This document shows positions 29,701 through 41,700 of a stretch of 64,000 bases of DNA, piece after piece; position 1 is the first letter of the stretch; each line of letters begins with the position of its first letter. Location: assembly GCF_030684315.1 (NCBI RefSeq), contig NC_081379.1:21730637-21794636 (forward strand), given 5' to 3'. This DNA is from Stegostoma tigrinum. Lineage: Eukaryota. The notes below the pieces were generated by a model that saw only the letters and a list, made by a program, of their open reading frames with translations, ran no database searches and was not told the origin of the DNA. Made by a program: the position numbers and the translations under genes.

Positions 29701-32700
29701 TCCACTACACTGGCTTCAAATTGAAAAGCATTTTGATTTTAAAACTTGTACTTTTGTTCAAATCCCTCCATAGGGTTCCTCCTCCCAAGCTCCATAATCT
29801 TCTCCAATCTCTCAACTCTCTGATGGACCTGCATTCATATTATTCTAGCCTCTTGTTCATTCCCAATATTAGTCACTCAACCATTGATAGTTCTGCCTTC
29901 ACAGTTGTCTAAGTTCCAAGCTTGGAATGTCTTCTCCACACCTCTGCCTTGTACTTCTTTAAGATACCTAAAGCCAATCTCTTTCCCCAAGCTTTTTATT
30001 ATTACATATGATACTTCCTGACGTAGCTGTTTCATATTTGTATTATAACACTCCTGTGAACCACCTTGGGAAGTTTCAATATGTTATAAAGTACTGTTTA
30101 AGTATATCAGCATTCGTCACAATAGCATGACTTATGCTGAGTGATAAAGGAATGTTCGTTACGCATGAAACTTGTGAATTGATGGCTTTAAGTATTATGC
30201 TGTTCATTTGAGCTATTTCTGTTTCCTCAAGCAGAGGATAATGAAAAGGTATTGAGATTTGGCTACAGTGATCCATGCGTTAGGCATATGTGGGATGAGT
30301 GAAAGACTACAAGAAATAGGAACAAGTGTAGGCCATTCAGCCCCTTGAGTCTGTTCTACCATTCAACTGGATCATGGCTGATCTGACACTCCTTATGTCC
30401 ACTTTCCTGCCCTTCCTCCATAACCCTTCATTTATTGGTCAAGAGCCTACCTCAGCCTCAAATATTAAGGAATCTGCCCCCACAGCCCTCTGTGGCAAGA
30501 AGTTGCAAAGGCATCTCACCTAAGTCTTAAATTGGCAGCCTTTATCCTGAGACAATGCCTTTTGATCCTAGGCTGTCCTATGTGAGAAAACGCCCTCTTA
30601 ACATTAACATTGTCAAGCCCCTTAAGAATCTGACATGCTGCAACGAGATCACCTCTCATTCTTTTATACTCCAGTGAGTGGAGGTCCAACCTATTTAACC
30701 TTTGTAAGACTGTCCTTTCAAACTGGGGATCATCCTAGCGAACATTCTCTGAACTACCTCCAACGAAATAATCTCTTTTCTTAAATAAGGAGAACAAACT
30801 AAATTGCTCTCTGTACTCCAGATGTGGTCTCACCAATGAACAACTGCAGTAAGACTTCTTTACTATAATACTCCAATTCCCTTGAATAAAAAAGCCAACA
30901 TTCCATTAGCCTTCCTGATTGCCTATTACACCTGTGTGTTAGCATTCTGTGTTTTGTGTACAAGATCCCAAATTTCTTTGTGTTGCAGATTTATGCAGTT
31001 TTTCCTCTTTAAATAATATACTGTTCTTTTGCTCTGTCTTCCAAAATTAACAACTTTTTTTTTACATTATACTCTATTTGCTAATTTTTGCTACTTAACT
31101 TATTAACATCTCAGCAGAACTGCTGGAATGCCCCTTGCAACCTGCCTTTCCATCTCTTATGTTATCTGAAAATTTGGTGACAGTACATTCACTTCCTTTC
31201 TCCAAATCATTAGTACATAGTGTAGTTCCAGCACTGATCCCACCCTAAAAAGGACCTTTATCCCTACTCTTTCCTACCCACTAGCCAAATTTTATCTATG
31301 CCTCAGCACTACCATGGACTCTTATCTTATGACTTAACCTTTTGCAGTTACCTCTGCCAAATGCCTTCTGGAAGTCCAAAATACAACACACTCACTAGCT
31401 CCACTCTGGCTGAGACTTTCTCCAAAAATTCAAATAAACCAATTAGACAGAACTTCCCTTTCATGAAGCCATGCTGATTCTGCTTGATTAGATTATCTTT
31501 TTCCAAATGTTCTGCTGTTACTTGCTTAATAATTGAATCCTGTAATCATGCAACAAGAGATGATAGGCCAGTCTGCCTACAGTTAAATGTTTTTTGCCTC
31601 CCTTCCATTCTGAATAAGAGTATCACATTGACTGTTTCCCAATCCTTGATACTTCTCCAGAATGCAAGAATTGTTGGAAAATTACAACTAATGTATCTAC
31701 TATCTCTATAGATACTTCTTTTGGAGTAGCCATCTGGCCTAGGTGACTTAGCTGCCTTTAGCCCAATTAGGTTGTGTATTGCCAGCTCTCTAGTGATAGT
31801 GATGGCAGTGGTACTTAATTCCACAACTGGATCTTTTAATATTAATAGGATGTTTGAAGTATCCTCCAACAAAAAGACTGGTGCAAAATATCTGTATAAC
31901 TTCTCTGCCATTTCTTTGTTCCTCATAACCCTCTCCCTAGTCCTCCTTTGCTGTATTATGAATTTATGCATGGAGGACTATTGGGAAGTGTAGGTAAAAT
32001 ATGTCATAGCAATAACTGAGAAGATTATATGATCTCCCCATCTAAAGAACTTGACCATTCAATGATGCTGCGCCTGCAACAGGCACTACTTTTGCCAGTC
32101 CCTCCAGGCATTAAAATTATTAACAGGAAGGAACTTCTATGATATTTTAAGATAAAGACTGCAGCTTCAATCATTATGATGTGCTTGGCTTTGAAATGAA
32201 GGCGTAAAGCTGGGTTCATGCATCATAATTAGGTGGAGCGGCTGGCAATGTCAAGTAATAGGGCCAATCTTAGAAGTTCCAGCACTACGTTTTATTGGGA
32301 AGACTGACCTGACAGGTTTCAGAAATATGAATCAACACTCTGTCTTGATAGGCCAAGACTGTGGAGAATTAAAATGAATAGGGGAAATGGAAAGCCAAAA
32401 TAAGACAAAACAGGCATGCTAGGAAGTACAATACTTGGTGGAAGCGCAGGTCTTTGCATAGCTTTTAATACATTAGTGAATCACCCATAACATTTCCCCA
32501 GGCTAACCTTGGTCAAGGTTTTATCTTTTAGTTTGATTGTAGGAATGGATCAAAATAATTGGCATTTTCAGATACATGGGTCACTAGTGGTGGGAAGACT
32601 TAGTAAGTGACATTTTAATGCATGCTAATTAAAGTGAAAGCAAAAATTTGTCATGCCTTAGATCTTATTAATGGCACAAAAGAAAGAAATAGGTACAGCA

Positions 32701-35700
32701 AACAAGAACAAGAGGGAAAGATAAATATTTCAATAAAAATAGCATGCTGATAAATAGACATTTAAAAAGGTATTCAAGCAATTTATCTCCTCCTCAATGC
32801 AGCATCTCAGAACAGACTGTTAGACTCAGATACTGTTACTTATTGCGAAGATTTCAACTGCAACAGATATGCGTTTCCATGAGATAGAGGTAAACACTGA
32901 GCAGAAAATGGAGGGTGCCCAGGGCAGGGTAAGCACTTGGAGACATTTTTGGAGATATTTTAAAGGCAGACTGGAACAGTGATTTTCAAAGAGTCGCGAG
33001 GACAGGCCTCAAGTAAATAACGATAGACTGGGTGTAATAAGAAATGATCAATCAGTCAAGGTACCTGGAGGTTATCCAAGAAGAGCTAGACAAGGCTTTA
33101 AAGAGATTTGGAAATAAAAAGATTGAAAGTTAAATTGCTATGACACAAGGACCAAGTGAATTTGAAAGAAGACATGTATGGCAAAGACAGGAATTACAAG
33201 TTCTAGACATTACATTTTTCTCAAGTAAAAGCTTTCAGAAGTGGACAAGGATATGCAAAAATACTAATCTATGAGCTGATGTGGGCAAGAGCAAAAGGAT
33301 TAATGATGGAAGCATTTAAAACAATGAAAGTTGAAGACTGCAATCTTCATAAGGCACCACAAACTCCTATTTCTTTAGTTCAGTTTTTCACTGTAATCAC
33401 GAACCAATTCCAATTGCATAAGGCTGGTTGCTATCCAACTAAAATAACAAACAAAATTGAATAAATTCACTTAAATAGATTTAAATACATATATACTTGG
33501 GGCGGGGGGGGGTGAATAATGGGCAGTCACTTTCAAGTCATCCAAATTATTTAATTTAGGTTACTAGGGAAACAAAAAAATTCAAACAAATTTCAGTCTC
33601 AGTTTAAATCCTACGCAGTTAGTTCACGAGCTTAGTTTCAAATGGGATAGCATCAATTGCAGTTTCTCACTAATTCAGATAACAAGAATTTTAAAATAGC
33701 TTAAAAAAGTTAATAGACCTAGCTTCAGGTAACCGGAAAAACAACTGCATTACAGTGGGGGCCTTTGCAGCAGAGAGATTTTGACAGCATATCACTCAAA
33801 TAACAGCACAACATTCCTGTTTCTTCTGAAAGTTAAGTGATGTTGAAATTGATTATTGAAAAAGTAGTCAGCTAATTATTTTTAAATTAATTCCAAGGCT
33901 CAATTGCAAAAGAATCTACCAAAAGACTAGTACAAATCTCCTCAGTCACAGAGTTCAAAATATAAAAAAAATCTTAGACACTTCAAGGCAGGAAATATCA
34001 TTATGTACTCAAGCCACTTTGGTAAAAGCACAAACATGTTTCATTCCTCAGATCACTACAAATTATAAATAGATCAATTATGTGAATTGCTCAAACACAA
34101 AGCAGTAGCTTCAGTTCCTGGATCAAGGGCACAGTTTGACAATGAATTCAAACCTGTCACAAATATTATTTCCAAGATGATTTGGTTGTTTAATGCATTT
34201 TGAAAACAGCATCAATGCACCCCCTGGTGGGATAAAATTGTATGTTACACTTTATTCCAGGAACACTGGAACACGGTAACATTTTTGTTCCAATTTTGCC
34301 TTGTTCAAAAATCAGCAACATCTTTATCAGAGTCCTTCATGTTATATTTAACTAAATTATCTTAATTGCAGATTCCAGAATTATTTCCATAAAGACAGCA
34401 GTGTTTAACTAAGTAGGAAAATGATTCACATACCCATTGATTCCATAGCAATATCAATGACCTTGCCAAAGAAAAATGGAGCCACTATCTGTGAAAGACA
34501 GGAGAAAACTAGTGCCAGCATCCCACCAACACAAATCAGTATTTCCTATTGAATAGAAAAAAATATTTTAAATGTCAATATGATGTATATGTGACAATTT
34601 CTACCCGTAAAGCAACATTTTACTTAAGATTTCCAATATTGTGGATAGTTGTCTGTAGCCATGAGCTGTAGACAGAAAAAATGTTGAACTATTTAGGTAA
34701 TTTAGTAATGGAAAGCTCTAAATGGGCAACAAGTCATTTAGGATCGAAATTGCCCCCAATATTTTAGGGGAACATCTGAAGGCAGCCAAAATTGGAGTCA
34801 TGATATTTGGCTGGCTAAAACTTGAATTGGCATGAAAAAGATGTATCTGCCCTCTCTCATTCACTGAGCTATCCTGAAACATTTTGTCATAAGTCGGTCT
34901 ACACACACTGTACCTTGGGCAGAATCTCCCAGCCCAGGGGGCACAGGCCTGGACATATGAAAGCAACTTAATTACAGGAGGTAACAGTGGACCAAAATCC
35001 TGACATTCTCCTGCCTCCACAAGAAATAAGTTCTGGGTGAAACGATCCATGCTCAAGTTTCCTATCCTGCCACTAATTTAAAGACATTGAGTCATTAATT
35101 GGGGACCACTTAAGGATCTGCTCCCATCTCAGCTGCAATAATCACAGGCAGGACTAAATAATGGCCGGCCCACTAGAATGGTTAACTAGTCCAGGCTACC
35201 TGCTCGTTAGGAGTAGTGCATCTATCAGTTGTAATGTGCGCAAGATTCAGGGCATGGAGACAGGACAAGGCAATTTCTGCTGAAAGTCACCTCTGTTCCT
35301 GCTTCTATCACCACAGAATCCCACTGCCCACAAGCCCCTACCACAGAATATTCCACTCCCACAAGTCATTTACACCTTAACCCTTGGTCCTTGTGATCCT
35401 GGAAGCCTATTTGGCGTTCACATCTTCCACGGTACCACTGAGTGCAAGAAATGACCCTTGATGATTGGTCGGCAGCCCTTGATGTTCAGGACCTCCTCCG
35501 TGACTATTTCAACTCTAGGAACTTGATTTCAGATGAAGGCCCGTGGGTGCTTTCCAAACAGTCTGATTGGAAGATGATATACCATGCCTTTCTCTGAAGG
35601 TCCGGGGGCATATCTCACTACGTTTCAGTGTGCATGCAAGACACCCAGGGAAAATGGAAGATTTTGCCCCTTCAGTGGAATGGACGCATGAAGGTTACAT

Positions 35701-38700
35701 ATGGCACAGTTCAAAAACTGGCTTCTGATTACCAACCCTTCAGTTGTTTGGTTTTGCACTGACAGTCGAGGTCAAATTATGAAAATCATTGATTTGCCAA
35801 AAATCACATGCTCAATCCACTTTTCTGCACACGTTTCTGATTAGCACTGTGCCCATTTTAAACGTGTGTTTTAACTAAAATTACACCCTGCAATGTTCTT
35901 CAATTCTAGCTGATTAAATTCAATTTTAAGTAGATATTAAAAACCAAACGTGAGCATCCATATAGCCAATTCCTGATTTTCTGTAGTTAATTATATTTTT
36001 GCACAATATTTAGTCAGAATTCTATTAAGTAACATCATTTTGTTTATTTTTATAGCTGGAATTTCAACTGTAGTATATTAAATAAATACAAGTGGAAGCA
36101 GAGGACCTGGCATTTGAAATTACTGTAATATACCTAAGAAAGTTTGAAGGCTGGTACAGTGTAAACTGTAAATTTTTGCTGTGGTTCTCCTCATATCTTC
36201 AACAGAAGATCTATGGAAACTCTGGTAAAATACTTAATCATTGCTTACATGGATATTCTATGGGACTTCTATTTTGGTCAAAGCCGACAAATCGTAGGAA
36301 ATTCGTTCTCTTGACATTTTAAGGACAATTATTATAGTCAAGTGAATAATTACTGTTCAGAAATCAGGATTTACATTGCCTATCTTACAAAGTCCTAATG
36401 CATGGGGAACACTGCATGCTGAACACAGCAAGAGTAAAAATGATTTGGTGTAGAAGTCATACCTATCAAATCACACTCTTAAAATATAGTCTGAACTTTT
36501 TCCTTAGAAAAAAAGATGAAGTTAGAAGTTCCTTGAAGTCTGCTAATCAAGAACTATAGAAGTGCATTATCTTTTAACTGCAGGACTCCTCTAACATGTG
36601 CTCCACCAATGCAAATTGGCTTTAATGCGACTGATAAAATAGGGTAATGCTATTTCCAAAACATGAACTTGTATTGACTATAACATGATTCCATTAGTGA
36701 CAATGTTGTTTTGGAAGTAGTTTTTAGAAAGTATTGTAGGGAAAAAAAAATGGATTTCAAGATTCTCTTCTTCTTGGATAATGCACCAAACCATCCTCCC
36801 ACCATTGGTGAGCTTTCTGAAAACATCAAGAGGTTGTTTCTACCCTCAAACACAACCTCCCTCCGTCAACCCATGGACTAGGGTGCAACAGCAATTTTCA
36901 AAGCTTATTATTTAAGGCACACACTTAAGAGGCGGATTGCAGCCACTGAGGATTAGGACAGTGTTCTTCAGTTTTTGGAAGAACTTTGACATCAAGAATG
37001 GAATTGACATTATGGTCGAGGCCTGGAGTGATGTCAGTAAGGATAGCTTGCAAGCAGTTTGGTGGAAGCTTCTCCCAGATTTTTTTCAAGATTTGAAAAC
37101 CTTTGATTTGTCACAGGAGCCCCCAAGAATCAAAGACAATTGCGTTGATCTTGCAAAGCAAGCTGGATTCGAAGAAGTGGAGAGTGAGGATGTTGAAAAG
37201 CTGCTCGAGTCCCACCTCCCTGCAGCTGATCTATAACAACTTGTCCCACAGAGGGGGAAAGTGAAAGCTGGGCATGAATTTGAAGTAGAGGATGCAGCAT
37301 GACAAGGGCTTTCCATTTCTGTTTTGTCTTCCACCCTGAAGGAAATTGAGAAGCAGTTTCAGCTTTCAGAGGACAATGATTACCATGCAGAATACAGAAG
37401 GGTGGCAGTTTGTGGAATAAAATCTTATTTGGCACCCTATGAACAGCTTCTTTATGGAAGAAGGAAAAAGGGAAAAACAGCAGACACTGGATGTCTTTTT
37501 TAAGCCAACCCCGAAAAAAACAGAAGATAATGAATGACAGCCATCCACTTTTGGATGAATTTTTTTTTGCCGTAACCGTGCAACATCAACCATACCTGAA
37601 GGAGACGATGATGATGACCCTCAGCTCCTGCATTAACAACAGGCCAACTTCAAAACCTCTGCCCTCATCAAGTCATATTTACATTTTTTTTCAAGATAGG
37701 TGTTAAGTTTACTTTTATTTCATTAACAGAAATTAAACAAACATTTATTCAAACTGTGCTGTCCTTTGTGTTAGACTTTTGAGTGATCTTTGAGCTTTTT
37801 TTTGGTGGGTCTGCCCCAACCCCACTTTTCCTGTAGGCTCTTATTTCTATAGCATGATTTTTGCTAAATCAACATTCCACAGGGATGTAACTATTGCATG
37901 ATAGCAGAATCCCCTGTACCGCAGATAAGAATTAGGAATACATATCAGATATATAACCTTGAATAAATTCCAGTCCTTATTTGTGAAATTGTCATTGATA
38001 ATACATTAACATAAATAATACTCACATCTTTAGCCAAAGAAAAGAGACGCTTAAGATCAGCTTTATTTTTTTTCTCCCTCTCTTCTTCAATGCTGTGTAC
38101 AATACGAAAGATCTGAAGTCTTCTTAGAAACCTGAGGCAGGAAGTATTAATCTTGTAATGCGCCAGCAATACGAAGGGACTGTAACAACACCTAAATATT
38201 AATACTAAAGTCACAAACAGCTTTAAATCAATCGCAATTAGGAAATATGCATTGTTAACTTGTAACTCTACAAGTTAAACTCTAATTCTTCCTAATTTCT
38301 CTCCTTCGACACAAAGACAAATAAGATAGATACTAAGGGTGGAAATACGAAGAGGAATCGGGGAAATACACAGTTTAATAGTGCTAATCTGGACCATAAG
38401 AGCTTAAGAGTCGTTTCTTTTGGTTCCTTCCAAATCCTTTTAATTCTTTGCTGTTGACACAAGATTGTTTACACCCTGACGCTCTCTTTTATTGACTGGT
38501 TGAGAATTTATTCTTCCACTTGTCTTTGAAAGCGTTTCAGTATCCTTCGACAGGGGATTTGTAGAGAATGATGAGTGCAATACAGCCGTTACTGGAGACT
38601 TTCTGTTATTTCCTTGGAAGAGAGAAACTAGATTTTTTGATTCTCTCTCTCTCTGCAGGCTACAACAGCCACACACAAGCATTATGACTTGGTCAGGAGC

Positions 38701-41700
38701 CAGTTAAAATGCTACTGTCAACAAAATTATTCCCCTTTAATTTGGGAACCGTTGTCTCCATGGTGTCTGCTTTTGCTCCCACTGTTCCAGGGCGAAGCAC
38801 CATTTTACACAACTCATAGCCATGCTTAAGTAAACAGGATACTTAAAACTGCTGAGGGGCAACGTTTTCACTCAGGAAGTGGAATTAACTGCCAAAGGAG
38901 CAGATACAGGCATAATTGCAACATTTAAAATACATGTATCCATGTGAATGTGAAGGATTGAGAGGGATACAGACCAAACACAGGCAAGTGGGATTAGTTT
39001 AGTCTGGTAAAAACTCAGACGAGTTGGACCAAAGGGTCTGTTTCTGTGCTCCATGATTCTATGCTAAAATCTCATGAAGTCTTCTTTCTCCACCCCACCC
39101 TCCCATTTTTAGACCACACAAATAATGAAACTATGATAAGCTCTTATGGTCTTTATACAAGTGCGTCAACAGCATTGCACTCATCAACGCTGTTAGTGTT
39201 ACAAATAATTACACTATGTTAATTAACTGCTTAAGTTATTTTAAGCATGACTGGAACAGACAAAGTGTCAAAGGTAGTGACCATGAAACTGCTGAACTGC
39301 TTTTACAAATTTAACCAGTTTAGCAGTGCTGTTTAGGGAAGGAAATCTACCTGGTCTGAGCTTTACGTGGCCCACAGTAACCTGGTTGACTCTGTTCTGT
39401 TTTCTCAATATTCTCAAATGCAATTAGGAATAGAAAATTAGCGACAGCCTTGTCAGCATGTGGAGACATTAGGAACAAATAATAACACTAGTTTCTTTTG
39501 ATCACTTTGCTTGTTTTTACTGCCATTAAACAATTGCGAAACTTAGCATGTATTCTGACGATGCCAAAGTGCTCAAATTATTGAGTGAAAAATTGAACTG
39601 GTAAATGTTGCAACAGATAACAAAATAGACTTTAATAACATGGAATTATTGAAAACATGCTTAAAAAGGGTTATCAACAATATCATTGCCATTAGTGTAG
39701 TCAAATTTCAATCTATGCATACTTTCTCCTTCATTGTTGCTCATTTTTAACTCAGTGTAATTTGACTAAACAACAATCCATTACCTGTTGCAAAAAATAC
39801 AAAAGGGGAACTCAATCAGGCTGAAGACCAGGGTAGAAATACAAACAATCTTGAAAGTTAGGTGCATCTGTCAATGGAAAAGAAAGTTTGTTATACAAAT
39901 CAGGTTTAAGTAATCACAGACAGACAATTAAGTGTATTTAAACTTCATCCAGAAACAGTGGTAACCATGATTTATTTAAAGCACAATAACGTTTTGCCTG
40001 GTAACAGTGATAGAACTATACAGAGAGAGTGGAGAACACAGCCTATCATTTTTATCTTGGCAAACAAATCAATTTTTTGCAGGAAGAAAATATACAATGA
40101 TGCTGGGATTTCTAGATGAATGCTCTAGTAAGAAAAAAGTAGGCTCTCGAAGCACATGATCCTTTAATCAAGGGACTGCATGAAGCAAAGAACCTACTAA
40201 CCTGAATCTGACTCTTCTATATTACAAGCCCCTTGTTGCGTTGCTTAAATGAACAGATTTCACAGTGTGAAATATTTAAATTAATACATACAAGAAGCCC
40301 AAGTCAAACATTCCTTAGCCAGAAAATGTTATCAGAGATAATGGGAATTTCAGATGCTGGAGAATCCAAGATAACAAAGTGTGTAGCTGGATGAACACAG
40401 CAGGCCAGGCAGCATCTCAGGAGCACAAAACCGTTTCGGGCCTAGACCCTTCAGCAGAGAGGGGGCTGGGGAGAGGGTTCTGAAATAAATAGGGAGAGAG
40501 GGGGAGGCGGACCGACGATGGATAGAGGAGAAGATAGGTGGAGAGGAGAGTATAGGTGGGGATGGGGATAAGTCAGTTCGGGGAGGACGGACAGGTCAAG
40601 GAGGCGGGATGAGGTTGTCAGGTGGGAAATGGAGGTGCGAGGTGAGAGGAAGAACAGGTTAGGGAGGCGGGTCAAGCTGGGCTGATTTTGTGATGCAGTG
40701 GGGTGGGGGGGGGGGGTGAGGGGATGAGCTTGGCGGGTTCAATGTGGACTTCACAAGCTTCAAAATCTCCCCCTCACACACTGCTTCCCAAAACCAGCCC
40801 AGCTCGTCCCTGCCTCCCTAACCTGTTCTTCCACCCACCTATCCCCTCCTTCCACCTCAAGCCGCACCTCCATTTCCCACCTACCAACCTCATCCTGCCT
40901 GCTTGACCTGTGTGCCCTCCCCACCTATACTCTCCTCTATCCATCTTCAGTCCGCCTCCCCCTCTCTCCCCAGAGGATTTTATGTTGGTTTGTCAAAGGA
41001 GATTAATACTGGAAAGATTTTTCAAACTACAATAATATTGAGTTTTAATCCACGAATTGCTGCAGGGAAACTGCAGACCCTGTGTACGTTATCCATTAAA
41101 TGAAAAAAAGAACGAAGGAACTTCTGGGCTTTTAGTTGAAATGATGAGAAGTATTTTACTTCTGTTGAACACATGTAAGGTGCACTTAAAATCTATACAT
41201 TGTTAAGATCAAGCAAATTACCAATATGACAAATGTTTCATTTTATTTTACACCTTATAATTTATGGGCAAAAAAGTGACAACCATTCAAATCGATGCTG
41301 ATTTTTTAAAAATGCATGGATGGGGAGCTGGGTCAATTCCTTCTTCACCATGGAAGCTATTGGGATAATAACAGAAAATGCTGAAGAAGCTCAGTAGACC
41401 TGGCAGAATCTGTGGAGATTCTGACATTCAAATCTGATATGGAATCTCTTCAGTAAGTGGAACAAAGAGTGACTTTTCATTCTTACATTTTCTTTCATTC
41501 ATCAATTAACGTGTTCTTGCTCACAATTGCCTAAAATACACAGCACTGTATGTCAAGCAGTTAAACAATGAACTTTGAACCTGCACCCAGCAGTTGCAAT
41601 CAGACAAAATTTAACAAATTAACATTAATAAACAAGGAATACTTACCTCATTATAACTCTGCGTTATCAGAATTGTAATTCCTTTGGCCACAGTATATGC

